From Chiloscyllium plagiosum (lineage: Eukaryota): a stretch of 64,000 nt of DNA. Position numbers and translations under genes: made by a program. The stretch is from positions 11,038,841 through 11,102,840 of the forward strand of contig NC_057749.1 in the NCBI RefSeq assembly GCF_004010195.1, given 5' to 3'. The notes beneath the pieces were generated by a model. That model worked only from the letters and a program-made list of their open reading frames with translations. It was not told the DNA's origin and did not search any database. Shown here in pieces: positions 1 through 11,144 of this stretch; positions within the stretch are counted from its first letter, which is position 1; each line of letters starts with the position of its first letter.

Positions 1-1490
1 GAGGGAGCCAGTCAATGTGGTATATTTGGACTTGGAGAAAATGTCTGACAAAGCCCTGCATAAGAGATAGATTGTGTAAGATTAAAGTGCATGGGATTCA
101 GAGAAGTGTATTGAGATGGTTCGGAGGAAACAGTAATAGTTAATGGGTCCTTTTCAAATTGACCAACAGTAATTAGTGGGGTGCCACAGGAATCAGTGCT
201 CCGACCCTAGCCAATCACGATATATATTAATGATTTGAACGAGGGAACAAAATGGAACATGTCAAAGGTAGCAGATGACACCAATTTGAGGGAGAGTGAA
301 CTTTGACGGGGATGCAGGGGTCCTTCAGCATGATTGGACAGGTTGGGCAAATGCAGGATAATTTGGATAAGTGTGAGCAAAAACAAGAAGGCAGAATTAC
401 TGCCTGAATGGCTATAAATTGGGAGAAGGGAGTCTGCAGTGGGACCTGGGTATCCTTGGGTACCAGTTGCTGAAGGTAAGCATGCAGGTGCAGCAAGCAG
501 TGAAGAAGCCAAATGGTTTGTTGGCCTTCGTTGCAAGTGGTTTCAAGTACAGGAGCAGTGATGTGTTGTTGGAGTTATACTGGGCCTTGGTGAGGCCACA
601 CCTAGAATATTGTGCTCAGTTTTAGTCTCCTTTTCTTGCTCTCGTGGAAATGCAGCAAAGGTTTACCAGGCTGATTTCAGGGATGGTGTGACTGATGTAT
701 GAGGAGACATTGACGAGATTAGGATTGTTTTTGCTGGAGTTCAGATCAGTGAGGTGAGACCTCAAAGAGACTGCGCAAATTCGAACAGGACGAGACCAGT
801 TAGATGCAGGGAGAATGTTCCTGATGGTGAGTGCCTCCAGAACAAATGATCACAGTGTGAGGACAGTTGGGGTGCACCATTTCTTCACCCAAAGAGTGGT
901 GAGGCTGGAATTCATTACTACAGGAAGTAGTTGATGCCAAAACATTGACACCTGGAGTACTGTGTGCAGTTCTGGTCTCCAAATTTGAGGAAAGACATTC
1001 TGGCTATTGAGGGAGTGCAGCGTAGGTTCACGAGGTCAATTCCTGGAATGGCAGGATTACCTTATGCTGAAAGACTGGAGCGATGAGTTTCGAAGACTGA
1101 GAGGGGATCTGATTGAGACGTATAAGATTATGAAAGGATTGGACACTCTGGCAGTAGGAAACATATTTCCACTGATGGGTGAGTGCCGAATCAGAGGACA
1201 CAGCTTGAAAATACAGGGTAGACCATTTAGGACAGAGCTCAGGAGAAACTTCTTCACCCAGAGAGTGGTGGCTGTGTGGAATGCTCTGCCACAGGGGGCA
1301 GTGGAGGCCCACTCTCTGGATTCATTTAAGAAGGAGTTGGATAGAGCTCTCAAAGATAGTGGAATCAAGGGTTATGGAGATAAGGCAGGAACAGGATACT
1401 GATTAGGAATGATCAGCCATGATTATATTGAATGGCGGTGCAGGCTCGAAGGGCTGAATGGCCTACTCCTGCACCTATTGTCTATTGTCT
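1..1490 (+). mobile_element. CR1 LINE ORF2 3' fragments (older copy followed by a younger 3' end)
   Basis: RT C-terminal motifs (ADDT, LVRPHLEYCAQF, RRLRGDLIETYK, RRNFFTQRVV) and a ctattgt-repeat tail near 1475-1490. Confidence 0.9.
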
Positions 1491-1786
1491 ACTCAGAGAG
1501 TAGTAAGGGTATGAAATGCTTTGCCTACATCGGTAGCATATTCGCCAAGTTTAAGTGCATTCAAATCGTCATTGGACAGGCAAATGGACGTACATGGAAT
1601 AGTGTAGGTGGGATGGGCTTCAGATTAGTATGACAGGGCGGCGCAACATCGATGTTCTAAAAGGTTTACTAGGATGTTGCCGGGTATGGGGGATTTTAGC
1701 TATGAAGAAAGGTTGGACAGACTGGGTTTAATTTCATTGGAACTCAGGAGGTTGAGAGGCTACCTGATAGAAGTTTATAAGGATGC

Positions 1787-2422
1787 ACGTTTTCTCGCTA
1801 AGCTGGAAGGTTTGTTTTCAGACGTTTCGTCACCATACTAGGTAACATCATCAGTGAGTCTCCGGTGAAGCACTGGTGTTATGTCCCACTTTCTATTTAT
1901 ATATTTAGGTTTCTTTGGGTTGGTGATGTCATTTTTGTGTTGATGATGTCATTTCCTGTGTTGGTGGTGTCATTTCCGGTTCCTTTTTCTCAGAGGGTGA
2001 TAGATGGGGTCCAAATCGATGTGTTTGTTGATAGAGTTCCAGTTGGAATGCCATGCTTCTAGGAATTCTCGTGCGTGTCTCTGTTTGGCTTGTCCTAGGA
2101 TTGATGTGTTGTCCCAGTCAAAGTGGTGTCCTTCCTCATCTGTATGTAAGGATACTAGTGATAGTGGGTCATGTCTTTTTGTGGCTATTTGATGTTCATA
2201 TACCCTGGTGGCTAGTTTTCTGCCTGTTTGTCCAATGTAGTTACAGTTTGTTACAGTTCTTACAAGGTATTTTATAAATGACGTTCACCTTGCTTGTTGA
2301 TGTATAGGGTTTTTTAAGTTCATTAGCTGCTGTTTAGTGTGTTGGTGGGTTTGTGGGTTACCATGATGTCAAGAGAACTGAGTAGTTTGGTAGTCATTTC
2401 TGAGAAGTCTTTGATGTAGTTT
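1787..2422 (-). mobile_element. Penelope-like element 3' part, inserted in a CR1 fragment (about 1660-2800)
   Basis: Minus strand encodes decayed GIY-YIG-like text (KPTNTL, YKIPCKNC, REFLEAWHS) followed by a hammerhead-bearing terminal region. CR1 sequence resumes on both sides. Confidence 0.85.
1818..1857 (-). ncRNA. Minimal type I hammerhead ribozyme motif (intact core)
   Basis: UCA-CUGAUGA-U-GUUACC(uaguau)GGUGAC-GAAAC-GUC-UGA: both core boxes, a 6-bp stem II, palindromic ACGU stem III and a 3-bp stem I. Confidence 0.82.
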
Positions 2423-3046
2423 ATAAGAAGATTATAAGATTGTGAATGGTACAGATAGAGCGGAAAATATGAGGCTTTTTCCCGGGTGAAGGGGTCAATT
2501 ACTAGGAGACACAGGTTCAAGATGCAAGGGGTGGTGGTAGGGGGTGGATGTTAACAAGAGATGTGTGAGGCATGTTTTTCATACAAAGGGTTGTGAGTGC
2601 CTGGAATGCGCTGCCAGAGGTGGTAGTAGAAGCAGGCACAGCAGCAGCAATCAAGAAACACCTAGATGAATACACAAATAGGAAGGAAATAGAGGCATAC
2701 GGATCCTATAAGTGAGGATAGTTTTAGTATGGAATGGCAAAATGTGTCTGAGAAGGCTTATAGGGATGAAGAGCCTGTTTCTGTGCTATATTGTTCTTTT
2801 TTTCAATGTGCCAAGAATCTAAAGCTTTCTCCTGTTTACCATTCTTTCCAGCCATGCATTTGCCTGCCACGTTCAATAAATCTGTCTCTATTGTTCTCTG
2901 AGAGAAAATTCCAAAGATAAATACCCTCAGAGGAAAAAAATACTTCATTTCTCTATCTTAAATAGGAGACTCTTTATTCTTTAAACTGAACGCCCAGATC
3001 TAATTTCTCCAGTCAAGGAAACATGCTCAGCATCTAATTTGTCGAG

Positions 3047-3829
3047 TGTTAGAACATGGAGGAGAACCCCTCTGTTAATAAACTCACCTCGCCTCATAAT
3101 CTGTTAAAATATATGAGTGACAGAGAATTCCCAAATTCTACTACTTAAAGAAAATAATATCAATTTATACTTAACTCTAAAAATTAACATTAAACGATAA
3201 CTGTTCACAACTCTAAGCCCTCATTTTCTTTTATCTGCTTATTACTTGCCTCCAACTTTAAAACAATATACTGTTCCAACAACACTTATTAAAATTACAT
3301 CAATGTAATTTCAAAACCACATAGCCGCTGTCTTCTGCGGTGTCTGTCTTCTTCCAGCTGAAGACCTCCCTGGGTCATCTTCTTTCTTTTTACGGTGAAG
3401 ATGTTTCATATGAAAAAGGTGCCTTTGATAGACAGTGTTTCAATCTTTTGAGTTTCTCTCTCTCTTTCTCTCAATGGTAGTTACTTTCTTGATGTCTGTT
3501 ACTCTGTCTGACTTTCAAAATGCCTGCTTCTTTTTTGAATCCCCAACATGGCACATCTCATTGGTTCGATATTGGCAAAACAATAAATTCAAACTCAATT
3601 CGGTTTTAGTATCCTGAGACATAATTTAAACTGATTGGTTAAATTCGAATTGTTGTCAAAACAGCAATCAACTCAGGTATCAATTTCACAGCCAAATATT
3701 ACATATTTTCAATTTTCAGTACACTCTGAGACTGCTAGATAGTCATACGACAGGTATTTGTAAGCTCTCAGTGCAAAATGGCACTCACTCTTTTCTAAAG
3801 GCACAGTACACACCCTCAACCTCATAACA
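3047..3829 (-). mobile_element. Solo LTR
   Basis: TGTTA...TAACA termini and a degenerate 4-bp TSD (cgag/taag). Its reverse complement resembles the solo LTR at 33366-34084. It interrupts a CR1 fragment. Confidence 0.75.
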
Positions 3830-5496
3830 TAAGCCCACTAAAAATGATATGATTTAAATAAGATTACCTCTCATTCTTATAAATTCCAATGAGTACAGGC
3901 CCAATCTGCTCCACTCTTTCATAAGGCAACCCTTTCACCATAAGACTCAGCTCAATTAACTTTTCAGTGCACCTAAAATGAGTTTAGTTCTACACAGAAG
4001 TGTGGTGACCGAAGTAAACTGTTAGTATTAACATGAGGTCAATCACGAGGAGTGTAGCCAGCCATACTATAAGACCACAAGACCATAAGAAATTGGTACA
4101 GGAGTGGCTGTTCAGCGCCTCAAACTTGCTCCACCATTTAATACTCAGGGCTGATCCACTTTTTTACCCATAGATAACCCCTGATTACCCCTTCTGATCA
4201 AGAATCTGTCTATCTTAGCCTTAAATGTACACAAGAATTCTGCTCCCATAGTTCTCTATGCCAAGGAGTTCCAAAGACTCTCAACCCTCTGAAAAAATAG
4301 ATTCCTCCTCATCTCAGTCTTAAATTCTTAATTCTGAGACTATTCCATCGTAGGAATTCACGATTTTGAACAACCCTATCAAATATTTTCTTAATCTTCC
4401 CTGCTTGAAGGAGAAGAACTTCTGAAATCACACTGTACAACTCAAGTCCTTCATCTCAGGTACCATCTTAGCAAACATCTTCTGCACTCTCTCCAAAGCC
4501 TAAAGTATGGTGCCTAGATTTTAAAACAGTTTTTCATCCAAGACTTAATCCATATTTCATAAATATTATGCTTAACTATTCTTTTTATTCTGTTCCTTCA
4601 TAAATAAAGCCAATGAAGCCGTACTATTTTTAAACAATCTTTTCAATTTGTTTTGCATCCTCAAAGCTATGTGCACACATACTCTGGTATCTCTGCTCCT
4701 ACGCTCCTTTAAAATTGTATCATTTACTTTAAACTACCAATCCTTATTATAATTGCCAACATTGAATTTTACCTGCCATTTGTCTATTATAGTACATCCT
4801 CTCCTGAAGTGTGCCATCCTCTACTGTTTCTACAACATTTGAGTTTTGGTGTCATATGTAAAATTTAAAAGTAAACCCTATTTATCAAGTCCATGTCATT
4901 AATATATATCTTAAAAAAGCATTGGGTCAAATATCAACCCTTGGAGTATACCACGAGTATTTCTCGTGACTCTGAAAAAAATGTGTTCCCCAGTATTCCT
5001 TGCCTCCTCTTTTAAAATCCAATTATACATCTGTTCTGTCACTATCTTTTTTAATCCAATTTTGTTAACTCATTTTTATATAGCACTTAATCCATTGTCT
5101 TTTAGAAATCCACTCTTCTTTCTACATTATATTTTCATCACTCTTTTCCATTTGCTGGAAAATGCCCTTAATTGCTTTCTCAAAATTAACGCTGCTATAA
5201 ACTCAAAGCTGCTCCAAATAGAAGATACATTGAAATGAGATGTCATACTCCTCTGTCGTGTGCCATTCTCACACATCAACCGTCTCTCACCCATGTCTAC
5301 ACCATAATTTCTGACATCTACTATGCACACGTTAACCCCTCTTCCTGCCATCCATTTTGCCCTCAAGAAAAAAATGCTGTAGTGTTTCAGCACTAATCAA
5401 ATAGCTAAAATAGTGACATTTTGTTTTCTGGTTGCCATTTTTTATAGGTCTTTTTGCGTTTGCAATTTGAAGCTCCTCTTTATCAATCTTACAACC

Positions 5497-5755
5497 CGCC
5501 TCAGGCAACTGTCTGTGTGGAGTATGCACATTCTCCCTGTGTCTGCGTGGGTTTCCTCTGGGTGCTCCGGTTTCCTCCCACAGTCCAAAAATGTGCAGGT
5601 TAGGTGAATTGGCCATGCTAAATTGCCCGTAGTGTTAGGTGAAGGGGTAAATGTAGGGGAATGCTTATGGGTGGGTTGCTCTTTGGAGGATCGGTGTGGA
5701 CTTGTTGGGTCGAAGGGCTTGTTTCCACACTGTAAGTAATCTAATCTAATCTAAT
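5497..5755 (+). mobile_element. HE1-type V-SINE, 5'-truncated
   Basis: V-SINE core (gtctgcgtgggtttcctctgggtgctccggtttcctcccacagtccaaa) and (aatct)n tail. Confidence 0.9.
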
Positions 5756-7571
5756 ATATGGAACGTTAAGCATGCATCTTAGCATCCACATTTCAAAGGC
5801 CTTCATTTCCTTCCACAGATCTTTGTTGATTGCTTATGTTCTAAGGCATCAAAAAAATGACTAGAATGTCACATCTTATAAGATATTTTTCTTGTTACAA
5901 GCTTGAATTTTTTTTGTTGTTGACACATCCTTCATCCTCACAAATTTACTTTTGGCTTTCTGTATTCTTCTTCTGACTTCAGCTTTGTGTATTATCTTTC
6001 ACAATAGGGTTGTCTTTCACCTCGTTTTCTACCCAGTCAAAACTGTACTTTACCATATCATTATCTGCCATTTGCACCATACAAAATATTACTACAACCA
6101 ACTATATTCTCCAAGTCCACCTCTTTGTTTTCTGAGATATTTGATCTGGGATATCCTCAGCCACACTTTCATATCTCCCCAGTTCCAGCTGCCTTTTGCT
6201 TATTAGCCTGTGGAACCTCAGCACACACAACATCCATTCACTCTTAATCTCTCCCTTGCTCTCCCTCTATGTCCTTCACCACTTTTATCTATTTTAACTA
6301 CTCCATGATAATCATTGTACTTCCTTGCTTGTTCTCCTCAGCTCCAAATTCTCTATCACTCATGCTTTTTTTAGCATCTTGTTCTCCAAGCATGCTGAAT
6401 TGACTCCCTGCACCATCATTCACTTCAAGAATGAAATCAAGAAAGCTCATCAACCATTCCTTCCTCTTACAATATACATTTTTAACATGAAAGCTACATA
6501 TTACCTAACTATATTTTCTGATGTTCTCAATTTTCTCCTATTCCCCTGAATCTCAACAACATCATGCATTTTGGCCCCATGTTTCCCAAGTAAATTCTCA
6601 TCATTGCAATGACCTACCTATAAAGCATGTAAGATAATAATATTCACTGTACCTTGGTACACATGGCAGTAATAATTATTTAAACAATTCAATTAAATCA
6701 AATCAAATGCTGATGGTATTAATGACAAAACAAAGAGATGGCTGTCCATGTTCAGCAATAAAGTATAGTTAATAATCAAGGGATTCCATCCTTAAATGTA
6801 CAAAATTATTTTTAGTTAAATACATGATCTTCACGTAAAACATAAAAAAGGTAACTTAGATGCCATGTTACTGTGAATTAAGATCAATGCATACATTTAA
6901 AACCTAATTGGATTCACAAGAACGTTCAGATTAAAGAACTTATGTTTCATACAGAAATACTCTTCTTTACAGTTCACTGTTTTATAATTTACTAATATTC
7001 ATACTGTGAATATCAAATATTGTATGTTATTAGTTATATGCTGTTAACTACAAAAATGGACCAACCAATTGATGCATAATTTAGCCAATGATCATCTTGT
7101 TAAAACAAACTATGCAAAGGTATTAAATTTTAATTTTGGCTGTAAATAATGATTGAAGCTGTGTGATTACAATGTGCATTTGGGTGACAAAAAAAATGAG
7201 CATTTGTCTGTTGTTGCACAATTCCCAGTCTATGAATGACCTTCACTGAGTCACTGATAAATGGCTGCAGTGAACATGCTCAAAATTAAATTTGCCAAGC
7301 AATTAAATTTGTGGTTTAATATGTAAGTCAGTAATAAACCAAAACCAATTCAAGAAAATAGAGAAAACAATTAATCAATATTACCTTTAATGAACGTAAA
7401 GAAACTGCAATATTTCTTAATGAATGAAATGTATAAAGGTGAAATGCAGAAAGGTTTGTGAAAATATTCTGTACCTACAAATAAGAAAGGTTTCTGTACT
7501 TCAACAAAGTGAGCACTTATGCCTTTGAGAGTAACCAGTGCTTCCAATTAATAAAAATCTCTGGTTCTTAC

Positions 7572-7633
7572 CTAGAAATGTTGTTAAAGCTGAGGAAAAA
7601 TCTTTGGAGTCTAGGTAATGTGTCTGCATCTCT
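7572..7633 (-). CDS. LRRC49: LRRC49 internal coding exon (62 nt), RDADTLPRLQRFFLSFNNIS(S/R)
   Basis: Minus strand reads tctttttctctttatag|AGA GAT...TCT AG|gtaaga. It continues in frame from the 144-nt exon and resembles recalled LRRC49 (RDVDNLPCLQHLFLSFNNISS). Confidence 0.93.
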
Positions 7634-9284
7634 CTATAAAGAGAAAAAGAACAGGGAGTCGTCAATAATAATGTCCTTAATATCCCAGCAGCCTTTGAAC
7701 GGGATCCTGCAGCTCCATTTACTGCAGTCTTGTCATTGGTTTTTGCTTGCAGTGAGCTGAAGCTTCCTGCTTGTGGAAAAGCACTGCAGGAGAATGTTAG
7801 CCTACAGAGACCTACTCAGGCTGATGAGCTGATGCACTTGCCAGGTAAAGGGTAGGGAAGCAGCTACTATGTATTGTGTGGGCTGTCAGGAGGAGCAACC
7901 TGCTTCATCAGCATTTCAGATGCATAAGGAACTAGTGCAAGCAAAGCACTGATTTGCTTTCAAAGCTGCCACTCATAAGAAGCAAGCTATTGTTTCTCTA
8001 TAATTACTCCAAAGAATGACAGAAATAACTCCTTTAGGTTCTATATATGAATAATTTGTGTTAGTAAAGCAAATGTTTCTGCAAGGAGCATAAATGATCG
8101 TAACAGGTGATCTACACAAAATAACATATACATACAGAAACCAAGTAACACAAGATTACACATGATACAAATAAATTCTGCAAAGATGAGTGCACAAGAT
8201 TTCTTTTGGAAATCAGATTGACTGGATTCCTGAGAAAGGGTTCCAGCAAAGTGAGACTTAGACCCATCTCTAAATACACTGTGAGTGTAATCTTCAATGC
8301 CCAGCAGTAAAATTCCAGTAATGCTGCATCACCAAAGTAATTAAGCATTTTAAGGGCTGAAATACCCAGAAGATATATGGTTGCTGCCTTGTAAGCCACA
8401 GTGCAGACCAAGATCTTTAATACACAGAATTTGTAGGACAGACCATTTTGAAAAGCTGCGCTATGCTAGTACTTATGTTCCACAGAAAGCCAAGTAAGCA
8501 GCAGTCCAGGAAAGTCTCCCGAAACTGAGATAAAAGTTACCACCCTTGATATCAAAACAATATTTGATTGAGATTACATCAAAGAGTTCTAAAAATGGCA
8601 CAACGAGAATCATGGGGAAATCTCACTGCTGGTTGTTGTCATACCTAGCACAAAGAAAGATGATTATGGTGACTGGAGGTCTCGGTATGAATTTCTCATA
8701 ATAGTGCTCTCAATCCAACTATCATCAGCTGCCTTGACAATAGCCTCCTGTTAATGATAAAATCAGAAGCGGAAATGTATGCTATTGATTGCACAGTATG
8801 AACCACTATTTGTGACTTCTCGGTTACTGAAATAGCCTATGTTCAGGTAAGACCTAGACAATATCCAAGCTTGGACTTATACATAGCAAGTAACATTAGT
8901 GACACAAGTGCAAATCAATGTCTATCTCTTACAGGAGATAATTTAATCATCATCTCTTGACTTTCAAAGTATTACCATCACTTAATTCCCACTATCAAAA
9001 TCCAGGAGTTTACTATTCACCAGAAACTGAACTGGACCAGCCTTTAGATACACTGTGGCTACAAAACCAGGTTAGAGGATAAGAACTTCTGTAGCTATTA
9101 ATGCACCCCCAGTCTCCCACAATGTCTGTCCACCATCTGCAAGGCTCAAGTCAGAACACATTGGTATACTCCCCACTTGCTGGATTGAGTGCCGCTCCAA
9201 CAACGCTCAAGACATTAACCGGGACAAAGCAGTTGCTTGACTGGAATTCCATCCATCAGTGACATACAATAGCAACAATTAGAG

Positions 9285-9578
9285 TAGCACTGGTTAGCAT
9301 TGCAGCCTCACAGCACCAGGGTCCCAGGTTCAATCCCAGCCTCGGGTGAACTGTGTGGAGTTTGCACATTCTCCCAGTGTCTGCGTATATTTCCTCCGGG
9401 TGCTCTGGTTTCCTCCCACAGTCCAAAGATGTACAGGTCAGGTGAATTGGCCATGCTAAATTGCCCATAATGTTAGGTGCATTAGTCAAGGGGAAATGGG
9501 TCTGGGTGGGTTGCTCTTCGGAGGGTCGGTGTGGACTGGTTGGGCTGAAGGGCCTGTTTCCACACCATAGGGAATCTA
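9285..9578 (+). mobile_element. HE1-type V-SINE
   Basis: tRNA-like head (tggttagcattgcagcctcacagc...ggttcaatccc), V core and gaagggcctgtttccacac tail. Confidence 0.9.
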
Positions 9579-9923
9579 TGCTACAAGATAACACTGCAGC
9601 AATTCACCAATGCTTTTGTATCCAAATCCATGATCTCTACCAGCTGAAAGTACAAGGGCAGCAGGTATGTGGGAACACTACTACTGCAAGTTCCCTCCAA
9701 ACCACTCACCATTCTTACTTGGAAATATATTGCTGCTTGCCCACTGTCGTTGAGTCAAAACTCAGGAACTCCCTTCCAGTATCCCCCCTAATTTTCTTTA
9801 TGGCTACATGAGCTATCAAGATCAGCACTCAGCAGTGATCTCTGGAACCAGAATTCATGCTACAATTCGCATACTGACGCCAATCACTGTGCACAGAACT
9901 TGGATTGGCTACACACACATGCA

Positions 9924-10022
9924 TCTGGATCAGTGGTGCTGGAAGAGTACAGCAATTCAGGCAGCATCCGAAAAGCTTCGAAATCGACGTTTCGGGCAAA
10001 AGCCCTTCATCAGGAATAAAAG
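9924..10022 (-). mobile_element. 99-bp non-coding PLE-derived insertion carrying a hammerhead motif (9984-10015)
   Basis: 10-bp TSD cacacatgca (9914-9923 / 10023-10032). Minus strand reads CUGAUGA-A-GGGC(uuuu)GCCC-GAAAC-GUC. It is near-identical to the terminus of the coding PLE at about 39368-39465. Confidence 0.82.
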
Positions 10023-11144
10023 CACACATGCAGTCACGCAATGTAGACAGAACTTTTCCGCTACTAACAACATTGTGGGTATCATTCTGCCCCGAATACA
10101 GCAACCTTTTAAGAAGGCAACTAAACTTCTCCAGGTCAATTAGGAATGGGTAATAAGTGCTGGTCTAGGTAGCAAAACCCACAATGAACATAAGAATATT
10201 AAAAAAAATTAGTGGCTGCAGAGAGTAGCATTTAGACAATCTGTGAACAATCATGTTTTCTGGTTTTAATAATCACTTGACCAAACTAACTTTTGAGATA
10301 ATTTTCCACAGAATTATGTATTGATTTTCACGTTTGGAGGGTTGTGAAGTTTGAATGTAAGTAATATTTACACCACACAAATGCTACTAATGACCATATC
10401 AAAAAAGCAAGACTGAACAGTTTTCTGACAAGGGCATTACCATCGCTGGAACTCCCATTATCAACATCCTAGGAATTACCATTGACTAGAAACTGAAGTG
10501 AACCAGCTACATAACCAGTGGTTATGAGACTAAGTCAAAGGCTAGTAATTCTGTACCATACACAACGTACACTGCAACAACTGAGATGAATGCTCACATA
10601 CTGTTTGGAAATTTGGGCTCGAAAGTGGGCAGAACCATGTCTAGCTTAAATTTTGATTTGCATTTCTATGTGGCATACGTTAAGGAGGGAGTGATTATAG
10701 TTCTAGCTTCATTTCAGCTTTTGAGTTCTGAGAGTGTTACTGGATTGTATGAAGTTTGGTCAAACATTTTAAAATGAGGCCTTTAAAAAAATCCCTTGGT
10801 GTGAATTGTCCAGTTTTTCAGAAAACAAGAGGAGAAGAAAGAAAACTGGGCTGTAGCCTAGCAACAAGGTGTCCTTTGACAAAGGGAAACAGACATAACT
10901 AAAGTTCCTTTTGGAAAAACACACAGAAACATCAATCAATGATTCTGCAGGTTTCTTCCAGATAGAAGCAGGACATTCAGAGAGAAAAAACTCAAAAGGT
11001 CAGCTGTGCAGTATAGCAGTGAGCAAAGTAGTTAAGGCAGAAGTAAAGAAGCCCATAATAACTTAAGAGTCAGAGTCATGCAGATGTACAGTAAAGAAAC
11101 AGACTCTTCGTCCAACCCGTCCATGCCGACTAGATATCTTATAT

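Larger units (their letters stand above)
8610..10195 (+). mobile_element. Decayed non-LTR retrotransposon 3' part (second CR1/L2-group lineage) with nested SINE and PLE remnant
   Basis: Similar to 46380-48990 and to the reverse complement of 59430-61830. It ends in a caattaggaatgggtaataagtgctggtctag tail. Confidence 0.65.

Noticed and set aside
7815..7915. CTGATGAG (+) and CTGATGAA (-) as further hammerheads or a C/D-box snoRNA
   Set aside because: No stem II followed by GAAA and no convincing terminal stem, so these are probably chance matches.
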